DNA of 64,000 nucleotides from Eledone cirrhosa (GCA_964016885.1 OZ024758.1:16368001-16432000), one strand, 5' to 3'; numbered from the stretch's first letter, positions 41,402 to 57,014 are shown. Program-made: numbers and translations. The notes: generated by a model from the sequence alone, not told the origin.

Positions 41402-41458
41402 AATGGCTTCCTGATGATTTGTTTTGAATGAAACAGTTCTAGTCACGTAGAAGCCATT
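41402..41458 (+). ncRNA. Type I hammerhead ribozyme
   Basis: Stem I AATGGCTTC/GAAGCCATT (9 bp), CTGATGA, short stem II, GAAAC...GT, GUA triplet. Confidence 0.8.
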
Positions 41459-41779
41459 TCTATATATAACATGATGTTTACACTACTAATCTATTAAGTA
41501 CCTTATATATATATATAGCTGTATAGTTGCATGAAAACTGCGTCAGTAGGCGGTATGCCGGTTGAGCACTCGATGCTCGCGCAGAGCAGAGTATAATATT
41601 ATAAGGATAAGGAACAAGGATTCGGAGTTGCATCATAACATATTTAATAATATATTACATATGTTTTACTATCGATCAGCTCCTGGCAAGTCCTATTATA
41701 GATCGGAGACGAACTCATATACTAAGCATATCTGACGACCTTTCGATAACAGAGTCAGGTTCGATCTATAATAGGTCTT

Positions 41780-41847
<68 letters not shown>

Positions 41848-41907
41848 AAGGCGGGTAAAATTCCCGAGATCCATGGACGAGTTCTCTCCAGCGGTCTCTG
41901 TCCCTCA

Positions 41908-42360
41908 GACGAAAGAACTTTGACAATATATGAACAACCGTGCGGTTGTGGAACCCACCAAACGAAATTTATGAATCTTTTTTTTATTTATTTTTAATTT
42001 TTATTTATAATAAATTGGAGTGAAAGCAACTGGTGCGTGTGTTTCTTATTGGCAGCACTCCAATTTATTATAAATAAAAATAAAAAATAAATAAAAAAAA
42101 AAAAGATTCATAAATTTCCGTTTGGTTGGTCCCACAACCGCACGGTTGTTCATATATTGTCAAAGTTCTTTCGTCACACATTCTGTGACTTATTCAGTGA
42201 CTGGGATTATTTTCTTTCTGCCTCTCCTTTGTTCCGTCCTACGCCATCTTGTTTTTGTGTGTGTTGTGTGCTTAGTTTGCGCATGTGTTACATCCGGGTG
42301 TCTGTGTGCGTTTTTATATGTTTATTTATTTATTTATTTATTTGTTTATTTACATGTTAT
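41908..42360 (-). mobile_element. PLE pseudo-LTR (8507 family) with inverted piece and mutated HHR (42159-42202)
   Basis: Homologous to 8350-8670; core reads CTGAATA (G8 lost). Confidence 0.75.
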
Positions 42361-42439
42361 TTATATGGTATTTACAAATTCAGAAAAGAAATATATATAT
42401 ATATATATATATAAATATATATATATATTTTTTTATATT

Positions 42440-42520
<81 letters not shown>

Positions 42521-43560
42521 GGCTATAATTCAAGAAAATAAAATCATAGTATTGGGAACATTCGAGCTTATTTCCATGTATCATCTGAAAGTCGAAGACT
42601 AAGAACTCATATCAATGATTTGTGAAATTTCTGTTTTCAGTAATACGCCTATATATGAATATGTGTGTATATATACGTACAAGTATACATACATATACAT
42701 ACCTCTCTCTATATATACATACAATGTATATATATATATTTTCATATATGTATATATATACACTCATATCTATATATACATATATATGTGTACATATTAT
42801 ATCTCTCTTTATATATATATATAGATATACACACATATCTATATATACACATACCAAACTATCTATCTATTTCTCTCTCTATACACACATGTATATATAT
42901 ATACATATACATATTTGCATATATGTATATATATACGCACATATGGGTACATATTATATATAATATACGCACATATCTATATATACATGTATATGTGTAC
43001 ATATTATATATATATATATATATTATATATATATACACACATATCTATATATACATATATGTGTACATATTATATATATATGTGTGCGTGTGTGTGTGTG
43101 CATACATACAATCACACACATTTAAAGTTTTCATACGCTAAATCGGAAACTGTTAAACCGGATATGGATAAGATGGGGCGCAATCTGAGTTAAATGATTA
43201 ACTGTCAGTATTGACTCCCGCCGCTCTCTTTGATAATCAATGCTGTCGAGGTGTATGTACTAGGTGTGCCACAGTGAACTTTACAGATCGATCAAAGTTA
43301 GTATATTTGTCATAAATATCGATTTTCAATATTTATACTTATGATGTTAGGTGTTGAGTTTCAATGTATGTATATGTAGCTCATCGCCGGCTAACAGGAA
43401 AAATTTGTTAAAACGTACACACCCCATTCAATGTTTGTCTGGATTAACAGGCGTTCACTGTATATACACATGTATATATATATATATACATATTCATTCT
43501 CTCTCTCTCTCATATATATATTTATATATATTTATACACACACACACAGTATATGTATAT

Positions 43561-43752
43561 GATGGTTTCCCCCTCGATATCGAGTATGGCCACTGCACGA
43601 TATAACATTATTAATAAATGCTATCATGCAATGCCTGTGAATGAAGATTTTTTTTGAAGTGAGGAATGACAGTGCACTGAGCCAATCCCACTCTCTGAGC
43701 AACAGTAACTATAACCCCCAAAAGAAGAAAAAAATCAACATCATCGGTAACT
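43561..43752 (+). mobile_element. Diverged relative of the 26070 RTE-like 5' end
   Basis: Shared 5' hairpin; ends at KKKINIIGN (APE-start-like). Confidence 0.55.
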
Positions 43753-44364
43753 ATATGTATATATATATGTATGTGTATGTATATACATTTATGTATATAT
43801 ATGTATGCATGTATATACATTTATGTATATATATGTATGCATGTATATACATTTATGTATATATATGTATGCATGTATATACATTTATGTATATATATGT
43901 ATGCATGTATATACATTTATGTATATATATGTATGCATGTATGTATATATATATATATATATATATTAGTAATAATAATAAATATGAAGACTAAAATCCA
44001 AAGAGGGCTCGATAAGGATAAATATATATCAAATATATAAGAACCGTTAAGGGTGAAAGCAGCGATTCTTTGCTTAAACTTTAATCTGTTATTTTAATAA
44101 ATATATATATATATATATGAAAAGAGTCAGGACCCTGACGGCTTAGCTCCGGCGGTTTCCGAACTAAGTATCGATTTCTCTTTTGCGTTATGGTCCACCT
44201 GGTTCCTTACCAAATTTTCTATATTATATATATATGTAGAGAGAGAGAGAGAGAGAGAGAAAGGGGATGCGCGTGACAGAGAAATAGATAGAGAGAACAA
44301 TAAAGAGAAGAAATTTATGCGAAACATGTGTATATAAACATGCATGCTCCGTAAAATTAATTGT

Positions 44365-44545
44365 TTCTACTTTAAGCAGAAGGCCAGCAATTACCAGGTA
44401 CATTACTGGTACTTTATTTTATCGACCCCGTAAGGATGAAAAGCAAAGTTAACCTCAGCAGGATTTGAACTCAGACCGTAAAGGGACGTAACTATGCTAG
44501 AAAGCATGGTGTCCAACCCTCTACCGATACTGCCAATCCACCATA
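44365..44545 (-). mobile_element. tRNA-derived SINE
   Basis: Same family as 18687. Confidence 0.85.
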
Positions 44546-45495
44546 AGCTGCGAAATGCGAAGATTTCATTCTTTATTTGTATAGAGTCATGTTTGACGTT
44601 TGTATTGAACGAGGATCAAGGAGTGAAAAAAACAAACAAACAATGTTTGACTTCATGGCTATACCTTCCTAATGAAATCAAATCTTATCTGTAGTTCATC
44701 TTGCTGGCAAATATAGATTTAGATTCCGTTTGTCATTCCCACGAGTTACTTACAATTATTTAGTCGGCGCAAAACTGGTAATTTTCTTCTCCAGATGACG
44801 CTACTGAGACAATATTGTATTTGATTATCATTAGAATTCATTGTACAACCCAATAACAGCTTTTTCTCCTTACCTTTATCTCTCCCCCATACATACGAAC
44901 ACATACGTACGTATATAGGTACATGCACACATAATTACATGCATACGAACATGTATACATGCATACATACATACATATATACATGCATGCATATATAAAT
45001 ACATCCATACGTACATATATATATATATATATATATACAAATATATATATATGTATACATATATATAATTACATGCATACATATATAATTATATATATAT
45101 AAATATATACATATATAAATACATACATACATACGTATATAAAACATACATATATGAATACAAACATATATATATATATACATAAATACAAACATATATA
45201 TATATACATATGAATACAAACATATATATACATACATAAATACAAACACATATATATATATATACATACATAAATACATATATATATATATTACATACAT
45301 ATATACATATATTACATATACATTCATATACATATATATATACATTTACATATACATTCATATACATATATTTACTTATATATATATATATGTACACACA
45401 TATATGTATCTATGTTAATGAATATCTGTCTGTGTATGAATATCTCTCTGTGTACACATATATGTATGTATTTGCATTATACATACACACATACA

Positions 45496-45548
<53 letters not shown>

Positions 45549-45917
45549 TTGTACGTAAACAACATTTCCATTTAAATTCTAGTTTGATCATTGAATATAA
45601 ACACGACAGAGAATGAAATGAAATTTATTACGTAACCAATCCCATTTATTAGGCAAATGAGAAAGCATTTGGCACACCTTTTTTCACTGATTGAAAATTC
45701 CCAGATGGCAGTAATGGAAAATGAAGACAACAACAACAACAACAACAACAACAGTAACAAGAACTACAACTACAACAACAAACATGTTCATGATTAACGA
45801 TAACAAAAATTCTAGTCATTTCTTCATTTATCAAACAAACTACAACACTGAGAATTGCATTAAGATATTATTCGATAAAATACAGAGTATATATAAAAGT
45901 ATATATTATATATAGAG

Positions 45918-46790
45918 ATTCTACTTTTGGCACAAGGCCAGCGATTACCCCAGTGCATCACTGGTACTTTATTTTATCGACCCCGTAAGGATGGAAGGCA
46001 AAGTTGACCTCGGCGGGATTTGAACTCAGATCATAAAAGGCCGTAACTCTATGCTGCAATGTTGAGTTGTTGGGAATTTAAATCTGAAATAGTTGAAATA
46101 ATTGTTTCTACTTTTGGCACAAGGCCAGCAATTACCCCAGTGCATCACTGGTACTTTATTTTATCGACCCCGTAAGGATGGAAGGCAAAGTTGACCTCGG
46201 CGGGATTTGAACTCAGATCATAAAAGGCCGTAACTCTATGCTGCAATGATGAGAATTTAAATCTGAAATAGTTGAAATAATTGTTTCTACTTTTGGCACA
46301 AGGCCAGCAATTTCCCCAGTGCATTACTGGTACTTTATTTTATCGACCCCGTAAGGATGGTTAGTCAAAGTTTATCTCGGCGGATTTGAACTCAGAACAC
46401 AAAGGGCCATATCTCGATGCTGCAAAGCATGGTGTCTGACGTTTGTTAAGTAATAGGTGACGAGTTAGCACAGTTGTTAGAGCGTCGGATTAACGGATTA
46501 AAAGACACCGTGGTATTTGTTCCAGCTCTCTGCACCGTGACCTCAGATCACGTTGAGGTCAACTTTGTATTTCATTATTTCGGCAGAATCGGTAGAGGGT
46601 CTGACGCCATGCTTTGCAACAAAGAGTTACGACCCTTTATGGTCGGAGTTCAAATCCCGCCGAGGTTAACTTTGCCTGTCATCCTTAAAAGGTCGATCAA
46701 ATAAATTACCATGAATACACTAAGATAATTGCTGACCTTCTGCCAAATGTAGAAACAATTATTTCAATTATGACAGGTTTAAATTCCCAA
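45918..46790. mobile_element. SINE cluster: three tandem minus copies with shared flank plus two plus-strand copies
   Basis: SINE body plus gaatttaaatctgaaatagttgaaataatt repeated; the same flank occurs inverted at ~46757-46792. Confidence 0.8.
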
Positions 46791-46837
46791 CAACTTCTCT
46801 CAGCTGTGGTTACCAAAGTGGGTTCCGCGAAAAAGTG

Positions 46838-47910
46838 CGTAGCTCAGGGATCAGCGAGTCTCTCCAGGTAGAGCTGCTACTTCTCCGAATTGAGAGATCA
46901 CAGTTTCGATACTATGGGCATGTGGTTAGAATGTCTCAGGAAATGATCGCTGGATAGATTTGTAGCTCAGAGATCAGAGAGTCATTCCAGGTAGAGCTGT
47001 TACTTCTCCGCATTGAGAGATCACAGCTCCGATACTATGGGCATGTGGTTGATCGCTGGATAGATTTGTAGCTCAGAGAGTCACTCCAGGTAGAGCTGTT
47101 ACTTCTCCGCATTGAGAGATCAAAGCTCCGATACTATGGGCATGTGGTTAATCGCTGGATAGATTTGTAGCTCAGAGATCAGAGAGTGACTCCAGGTAGA
47201 GCTGTTACTTCTCCGCATTGAGAGATCACAGCTCCGATACTATGGGCATGTGGTTAATCGTTGGATAGATTTGTAGCTCAGAGAGTCACTCCTGGTAGAG
47301 CTGTTACTTCTCCGCATTGAGAGATCACAGCTCCGATACTATGGGCATGTGGTTGATCGCTGGATAGATTTGTAGCTCAGAGAGTCACTCCAGGTAGAGC
47401 TGTTACTTCTCCGCATTGAGAGATCACAGCTCCGATACTATGGGCATGTGGTTGATCGCTGGATAGATTTGTAGCTCAGAGAGTCACTCCAGGTAGAGCT
47501 GTTACTTCTCCGCATTGAGAGATCACAGCTCCGATACTATGGGCATGTGGTTGATCGCTGGATAGATTTGTAGCTCAGAGAGTCACTCCAGGTAGAGCTG
47601 TGACTTCTCCGCATTGAGAGATCACAGCTCCGATACTATGGGCATGTGGTTAGAATGTCTCAGGAAAGAATCACTGGACAGAATTGATGCGCAAAACCAA
47701 CAGGCAGGAGACCCAGGGGTAGCCCCTGAGCAAGACAGTTGGTGGATAACATCCATGAGCTTGGCTGGTCACGCTTGCGGATCCGGGCGGATCAGTTGGA
47801 GGCGGTTGCTCCTAACAGGGCCTGCTGGAAGGAGTGTTTGAGGACTCTGTACCCCCCCCCCCCGCCCCTAAGACCCTCTCAGGAATAAGTGAGTAAAGAA
47901 GAAGAGGCCA
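46838..47910 (+). mobile_element. RTE 3' fragment with ~8 internal tandem units and GAA-rich tail
   Basis: Repeated agagtcactccaggtagagctgttacttctccgcattgagagatcacagc; terminal GRRPRG.P segment. Confidence 0.8.
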
Positions 47911-48777
47911 AAGAAGATGAGTAGAAGATGATCTTTACTTTTGAATCTATGTGTATATATTGAAAAACAGTTTTCTTTCTCTGAAAGAGAGAAAATGTGT
48001 AGTGTAGTTGTTTGGGGAAAAACGAGGCAGCTGTTGTAATTATTTCTGTGTTCAGAATTTATAGCTGTTTTCAGATAAAATGTTCATATATCTTCAAGCT
48101 CATCTGTAAGGTTTCTTCTTCATATTTATGTTTCATCTTCCCAAGAAACTACACATAGAATGATTTCTAGATTTCTTTTGCTTTTAGTTTATATATGTCT
48201 TCATTTAATCTTCTTCTATTGTTGCGTATATATATCCATATTGTATTTTATGAATTACTCAAATGTGTGACTTGACTGTTATTGGTGATGTCGTCGTTGT
48301 TGTTGCTTATCCACAGATATAATAAATCAAGGATTATATTCTTCATAGTATTTTCGTTCATTATTTGTTTTCTTTGAAAAAGTATAAGCTTCGATGTGAG
48401 GGAAATTTAACTACTATATCTAATAGATCGAATGATAGCATCGAATATCCTTGCTTGGTTCATGTTATATGACTCTCACGATATAACAGTCGAAGCACAT
48501 AACCTGTGTATTATATATTAATCCTGATTTTGACAGGCTGGATAGAGAAACTATAAATAATATCTGTGAACAATGTTTGAGCAAATTGACATATTTCAAG
48601 TAACAAATAAAGATACACCGTTGTCCACCCAAGGATATAATAAAACAAATCCAGCAGGTGAAAATACAAATAACTGAAAAAGAAATGTGTGGAATGTTAT
48701 TCACTTTTTTCTTCTTTTCCAAACGAAGTAATATTTGGGAGATTTCTATGTAATTCCTATCTATATCTCAGTGTGAA

Positions 48778-48836
<59 letters not shown>

Positions 48837-48863
48837 TATGATATATATATAGTATGTATACAG

Positions 48864-48910
<47 letters not shown>

Positions 48911-48991
48911 TAGATATATACATACAAATATATATATATTTGTATATATGGATATGTATACAGATATGTATACAATTATATATATCATATA

Positions 48992-49027
<36 letters not shown>

Positions 49028-49104
49028 CACACATATATATATACACATATATATATACATATATATATTCATAGATATATTCATATATATGGGTATGTAT
49101 ACAG

Positions 49105-49146
<42 letters not shown>

Positions 49147-49192
49147 ATATATATGGGTATGTATACCGATATGTGTGTATATATACACACAT

Positions 49193-49247
<55 letters not shown>

Positions 49248-49343
49248 TATATATTTATAAATGTGGTTATATATATAAAAATATATATCTATATACATAC
49301 ATACATAGAAAAAAAAACAGAAATATATATATATATATATACC

Positions 49344-49387
<44 letters not shown>

Positions 49388-49401
49388 AGACATGATTTAT
49401 G

Positions 49402-49456
<55 letters not shown>

Positions 49457-49575
49457 AACAAACATATACATATAAGCATTTCGAAATATGATTAGAAGTA
49501 TAAATTAAAGTCAGAAAATGTGAAAGGAAAGATACATACAAGGAAGAGTATATACGATTGATAGAAAACATAGAT

Positions 49576-51990
49576 ATAGAGACAGAAGCTATAGAGACAG
49601 AAGCTATAGAGACAGAAGATATAGAGACAAAAGCTATAGAGACAGAAGCTATAGAGACAGAAGATATAGAGACAGAAGATATAGAGACAGAAGATATAGA
49701 GACAGAAGATATAGAGACAGAAGCTATGGAGACAGAAGCTATAGAGAGAGAAGCTATAGAGACAGAAGCTATAGAGACAGAAGCTATAGAGACAGAAGCT
49801 ATAGAGACAGAAGCTATAGAGACAGAAGATATAGAGACAGAAGCTATAGAGACAGAAGCTATAGAGACAGAAGCTATAGAGACAGAAGCTATAGAGACAG
49901 AAGCTATAGAGACAGAAGCTATAGAGACAGAAGCTATAGAGACAGAAGCTATAGAGACAGAAGCTATAGAGACAGAAGCTATAGAGACAGAAGCTATAGA
50001 GACAGAAGCTATAGAGACAGAAGCTATAGAGACAGAAGCTATAGAGACAGAAGATATAGAGACAGAAGATATAGATACAGAAGCTATAGAGACAGAAGAT
50101 ATAGAGACAGAAGCTATAGAGACAGAAGCTATAGAGACAGAAGCTATAGAGACAGAAGCTATAGTGACAGACGCTATAGAGACAGAAGCTATGGAGACAG
50201 AAGATATAGAGACAGAAGCTATAGAGACAGAAGCTATAGAGACAGAAGATATAGAGACAGAAGCTATAGAGACAGAAGCTATAGAGACAGAAGCTATAGA
50301 GACAGAAGCTATAGAGACAGAAGCTATAGAGACAGAAGCTATAGAGACAGAAGCTATAGAGACATTAGATATAAAGACAGAAGATATAGAGACAGAGGCT
50401 ATAGAGACAGAAGATATAGAGACAGAAGCTATAGAGACAGAGGCTATAGAGACAGAAGCTATAGAGACAGAAGCTATGGAGACAGAAGCTATAGAGACAG
50501 AAGCTATGGAGACAGAAGATATAGAGACAGAAGCTATAGAGACAGAAGCTATAGAGACAGAGGCTATAGAGACAGAAGCTATAGAGACAGAAGCTATAGA
50601 GACAGAAGCTATAGAGACAGAAGCTATAGAGACAGAAGCTATAGAGACAGAAGCTATAGAGACAGAAGCTATAGAGACAGAAGCTATAGAGACAGAAGAT
50701 ATAGAGACAGAAGATATAGAGACAGAAGATATAAAGACAGAAGCTATAGAGACAGAAGCTATAGAGACTGAAGATATAGAGACAGAAGATATAGAGACAG
50801 AAGCTATAGAGACAGAAGATATAGAGACAGAAGCTATAGAGACAGAAGATATAGAGACAGAAGCTATAGAGACAGAAGATATAGAGACAGAAGCTATAGA
50901 GACAGAAGATATAGAGACAGAAGATATAGAGACAGAAGCTATAGAGACAGAAGATATAGAGACAGAAGCTATAGAGACAGAAGATATAGAGACAGAAGAT
51001 ATAGAGACAGAAGCTATAGAGACAGAAGATATAGAGACAGAAGCTATAGAGACAGAAGATATAGAGACAGAAGGTATAGAGACAGAAGCTATAGAGACAG
51101 AAGCTATAGAGACAGAAGCTATAGAGACAGAAGCTATAGAGACAGAAGATATAGAGACAGAAGCTATAGAGACAGAAGCTATAGAGACAGAAGCTATAGA
51201 GACAGAAGATATAGAGACAGAAGCTATAGAGACAGAAGCTATAGAGACAGAAGATATAGAGACAGAAGCTATAGAGACAGAAGATATAGAGACAGAAGCT
51301 ATAGAGACAGAAGCTATAGAGACAGAAGCTATAGAGACAGAAGCTATAGAGACAGAAGATATAGAGACAGAAGATATAGAGACAGAAGATATAGAGACAG
51401 AAGCTATAGAGACAGAAGCTATAGAGACAGAAGATATAGAGACAGAAGCTATAGAGACAGAAGCTATAGAGACAGAAGCTATAGAGACAGAAGCTATAGA
51501 GACAGAAGCTATAGAGACAGAAGCTATAGAGACAGAAGCTATAGAGACAGAAGCTATAGAGACAGAAGATATAGAGACAGAAGATATAGATACAGAAGCT
51601 ATAGAGACAGAAGCTATAGAGACAGAAGCTATAGAGACAGAAGCTATGGAGACAGAAGATATAGAGACAGAAGCTATAGAGACAGAAGATATAGAGACAG
51701 AAGCTATAGAGACAGAAGCTATAGAGACAGAAGCTATAGAGACAGAAGCTATAGAGACAGAAGCTATAGAGACAGAAGCTATAGAGACAGAAGCTATAGA
51801 GACAGAAGCTATAGAGACAGAAGCTATGGAGACAGAAGATATAGAGACAGAAGATATAGAGACAGAAGCTATAGAGACAGAAGCTATAGAGACAGAAGCT
51901 ATAGAGACAGAAGATATAGAGACAGAAGATATAGAGACAGAAGCTATGGAGACAGAAGCTATAGAGACAGAAGCTATAGAGACAGAAGAT
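49576..51990. repeat. 15-bp minisatellite atagagacagaag(c/a)t, ~161 units
   Basis: Phase kept throughout; two main variants. Confidence 0.98.
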
Positions 51991-52091
51991 ATAGAGAAAT
52001 ACGAAGACAAAGGAAGTAAAGATAAATGTAAAGAGAAGGGTCTGGGTGATAGGAGCAGGAGGAAGACATAAATAAAATGAAGCAGAGCTAG

Positions 52092-52164
52092 TAAGATGTG
52101 TGTTAAGATGCATATGTGACATTGGCCGCCATATTGGAAACGAACTTGACTTAAGAGTACAGTA

Positions 52165-52195
<31 letters not shown>

Positions 52196-52212
52196 GAAAG
52201 AGATATATAAAT

Positions 52213-52263
<51 letters not shown>

Positions 52264-52720
52264 TATATACGTATATATATATAAGTAAGATGTATGTGTT
52301 AAGATGTATATGTGACATATTGTAAACGACCTTGCTTAAGAGTACAGTAAAAAAACAAAAACAAAAACAAAAAATATATATAGATATATAAATATATATA
52401 TATAATTATATAAGTATAAGTATATATATAAGTAAGATGTATATAAGTAAGATGTAAGTATATATATAAGTAAGATGTATGTGTTAAGATGTATATGTGA
52501 CATATTGTAAACGACCTTGCTTAAGAGTACAGTAAAAAAACAAAAACAAAAACAAAAATTATATATAGATATATAAATATATATATATATAATTATATAT
52601 AAATATATATATAAGTATATAAGTATATATATATAAGTAAGATCTATGTGTTAAGATGTATATGTGACATTGGCCGCCATATTGGAAACGACCTTGACTT
52701 AAGAGTACAGTAAAAAAAAA
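52092..52720. repeat. Four tandem copies of a ~75-bp core separated by AT-rich spacers
   Basis: taagatg..gtgttaagatg...ttaagagtacagtaaaaaa repeated; the middle two copies share a deletion. Confidence 0.85.
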
Positions 52721-52744
52721 ATATATATATATATATACATATAT

Positions 52745-53365
52745 AGTAATAATAATAATTTTGAAGACTAAAATCCAAAGAGGGCTCGGTAAGGATAAAT
52801 ATATATCAAATATATAAGAACCGTAGAGCAAATATTTATTAAAATAACAGATTAAAGTTTAAGCAAAGAATCGCTGCTTTCATCCTTAATGGGATCTTCT
52901 GAAACTAACAAAGTCAATCTGTGAACGCAGAAGTGAATATTTCAAAAAACGTTGCAACCGAAGGAAGACAGGAAGACGATACTTTGGTTCGTGGAAACGT
53001 TCCCTGTCAAAGAACGGGTAAAACGAACATAATACGTCATTAATAGGAGCGGTGAAAAACAATTACACGCAAAGACAGAACCACGTTTATGGTATAAAAG
53101 AAGTCGTAGACTTATGTTCTCTTAGGTGGTGCATAGAGACGTTCTCTGGCTATGAACGGAAAAAACGATGATAATACGTCATATGTGGAGCGTGGAGAAC
53201 AATTGCATGCAAAGACAAAACCACGTAAATGGTATAGCTGAAGTCGTAGAGTAAAATTCTAACTAGGAAACCGAATGAATCTCCGCTTAGTTAGTTTCAG
53301 AAGATCCCGTTAAGGGTGAAAGCAGCGATTCTTTGCTTAAACTTTAATCTGTTATTTTAATAAAT
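52745..53365 (-). mobile_element. Solo pseudo-LTR of the Naiad element with inverted HHR arm
   Basis: Homologous to 19735-20282; HHRs at 52848-52921 (minus) and 53293-53343 (plus). Confidence 0.85.
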
Positions 53366-54172
53366 ATATATATGAATTATAGGGGCCCACTTGAATATAT
53401 ATCTATTGATGGTATACAAGCTCCTACATAAATTGGTATAATTTAACCCAAATTGTAGGAATCCTATAATGAAACGAGACGTCCGTTTGGGAAGAGATAT
53501 ATTCGATATGTCTCATATGAAATAATACAGCCAATTTTCCATGCAATACTTTTAGTTAGCACCCCGAACGCATAATTGGGAATATAATCACTTATTTCCT
53601 AATATTTGTTGAGTGAGTTGGAATTTGGCCGGAGTATCGCTAAAAAGCTTTCTCCGATATTGTATTTATTATATATATATATACAGATGTGTTGGTATCT
53701 GTGTTTCATCACATACATATTAGTTTATATATAAATATATATATATAATTATATAAGTATATAAGTGTATATAAGTATATATACATATTTATGTATGTAT
53801 ATATATATATTTTCTATGTATGTATATAGATATATTTTTATGTATGTAGATATATATATATATCATATATGTCTATATATATCATCATCATCACCGTTTA
53901 ACGTATATCTTCCACGCTAGCATGGCTTTAGATGGGAATTGTCCCCACTTGTGGCAATATTGGTCGGAAGACTGTGTCTCGCTCGTATAGGATATATATA
54001 TATATATATGTATGTATCTATATATATGTATGTAAGCAGAAGAGATATTCAATTTGTTGGTAATTCAACAAATATAAATGTTTATAACTGAATCAGAGCA
54101 CTCGACAGCATTTCTGGAGTATAATATTCAATGATATTAAATAAATGGAAACTATATTTATAAAACCATATT

Positions 54173-54233
54173 TATTCTATTATATATATTTCAAGGGTAC
54201 CAAAACTTTGGTACGCTATCATCAGATAAAATA
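54173..54233 (-). ncRNA. Hammerhead, family D
   Basis: TATTTTAT CTGATGA ..GTACCAAA/TTTGGTAC.. GAAATATATATA ATAGAATA. Confidence 0.8.
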
Positions 54234-54469
54234 CGAAGTGTGTTTTATAAATTTTGACATAACCAAGGAAAAAAAATATATATATAGTTGTTATATAGTA
54301 AGGTGTATTATTGGTTGTGTCAAGCGGTCCAATAAATTTTTTGTTAGCAATATTAAGTTCTCACGCTTTTGTATATCTCCAATTCAATTCAAGGGAACAG
54401 CTAGATGATATAAAACAGAGTATTAGTATCAAAATAAAGATCTGAAGGCATGGTATAGATTTCCAATCA

Positions 54470-54553
54470 TTTTAATCACGACACATGTTTCAATAAGAGA
54501 TAGATCGATCGTGTAGCCATGATCAATTATCACTGAACTCGTCAGGTGAAAAT
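54470..54553 (-). ncRNA. Hammerhead with long stem II
   Basis: TTTTCAC CTGACGA G...T GAAACATGTGT C GTGA; GUC triplet. Confidence 0.65.
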
Positions 54554-54708
54554 GAATTGTCTTCAAATCCTTGATATGAGGGAGAAAATTAACGGTGTTC
54601 ACTCACAGCGTTTAGTCCCTCATATATATATATAGTTTTTAAAAAAGTCGAATTAACTAAGTCTTTAGAATATGAGTTCAATAAATATATATATACACAT
54701 ATATATAT

Positions 54709-54763
<55 letters not shown>

Positions 54764-55078
54764 CACATATACATATACACATATATACACACACACATAT
54801 ACACACATATATACACACACACACATATATACACACACACACACATATATATACACACACACACACATATATATACACACACACACACATATATATATAC
54901 ACACACACACACATATATATACACACACACACATATATATATACACACACACACACATATATATATAATCACACACACACACATATATATACACACACAC
55001 ACACATATATATACACACACACACATATATATACACACACACACACACATATATACACACACACACACACACATATAT

Positions 55079-55111
<33 letters not shown>

Positions 55112-55116
55112 CATAT

Positions 55117-55147
<31 letters not shown>

Positions 55148-55312
55148 CATGTGTGTGTGTGCATATATATACGTTTGAGTTTACAATGGCTTTTCTCCTA
55201 ACCGTTGTACAGATATTATTGTACTGACTTCGTCTGTCTTAGTACTATCAAGTCATTGTGATAGAGTTCATGAGTCGTCTGCTTAGGTTGAGAATGGTTT
55301 TCTTTATTCGTC

Positions 55313-55376
<64 letters not shown>

Positions 55377-55546
55377 ATATATAAACATATATACAGAGAG
55401 TGAGATAGATATACATAAATATATATATATGTATGTATACATATATTTATATAAATATAAATATATATGTATATATATGCGTATATATACATATATACAT
55501 ATAAATGTACACATATATATATCAATTTGTGCTCGCAAATACACAG

Positions 55547-55645
<99 letters not shown>

Positions 55646-55978
55646 ATATATATATATATATTGAGAGTTCAGTTGAAAACTAGATTGGTACTTAAATAAA
55701 TCAAAGTGTATAATATTCAATAGACAGCAACAAAAGTTCTTTTTTCCTCATTATGAAAAGAAGCTATGTCAGTTTTTCAATAATATGTCATTCTCGCGGG
55801 ATTTATCATTGGACAATAGCGAGACTTTGTTGTAAATGTATAAGTTAGGAAAACAAAATCTAAAAAATTATAGAAGATTTAGAATAATTAAAAGAAATTC
55901 GAATAACAATTTAAAACATTTAGAATGAAATTAAGGTTGCTGAAGCTCAGTATATTCCGTCGGTAGACGGGATATAAT

Positions 55979-56163
55979 TGTTTCCACTTTTGGCACAAGG
56001 CCAGCAATTACCCAGCGCATTACTGGTACTTTATTTTATCGACCCCGTAAGAATGAGAGGCAAAGTTAACCTCGGCGGGATTTGAACTCAGATTGGAAAG
56101 GGCCGTAACTATGCGTCAAAGCACGGCGTCAGACCCTCTACCGATACTGCCAACCCACCGCCC
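55979..56163 (-). mobile_element. Full-length tRNA SINE with 16-bp target-site duplication
   Basis: gtagacgggatataat at 55963-55978 and 56164-56179. Confidence 0.9.
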
Positions 56164-56306
56164 GTAGACGGGATATAATATCACAAAATAGATTTGTTTT
56201 GAAATAAGTTCATTTCAAGGATTGAAGAAATACATAGGATATTTTGCAATGAAAATATGTTTTCACAATAGCGCAGGAATCTAAGAAGCTCTACAATAAA
56301 GATTCG

Positions 56307-56344
<38 letters not shown>

Positions 56345-56428
56345 TATATACGTGGAGAGAGACAGGCTCGGGTTCAATCAGAGGGTAACCACAGTAAGTA
56401 ATTGGTGGAGTGTAAACATTAAATTCGT

Positions 56429-56471
<43 letters not shown>

Positions 56472-56984
56472 CCTTTACGCTCTTTCCTTCATTCCTCTAC
56501 ACGTCATATACACGCCACGCATCTCAACGTACACCGACTTACATCTCTCTCTCTCCACCACCGGATCTTGTTACCCGGAGATTTACCCATTTGCATTGTC
56601 GAGGCTTCCAAACGACTTAAAGAAATTTACCTTATTATTCCACAATGCTTCAAGCAAACTTCAATACTCTCATATATTTATTCATGGGGTGAGGTATGAA
56701 TGTGTGTGTATTGAACAATGAAAATAAAAATATCGAAGATGTGTTCTAAATTATTTCATTGTTTTACGATCGTTTACGATCCGATTGATTGATCATAGTG
56801 AATCGATATATAGACAAATAGTTATTTCACTCCCCTTTTCCCTTCTCCAAATCCTTGATCCATCTCATCGTCTTCTCCAGAAGCAATGTACTATATTTAT
56901 ATGTGCGATATATACATAAAGAGACAGAAATGTGCCAGTCACGTATCTCCATCCTCCATAAACAGGTAGATCCCAGCGTGTGTG

Positions 56985-57014
<30 letters not shown>

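Noticed and set aside
48768-52122. 1080-, 837- and 585-aa ORFs
   Set aside because: Products of a stop-free 15-bp minisatellite.
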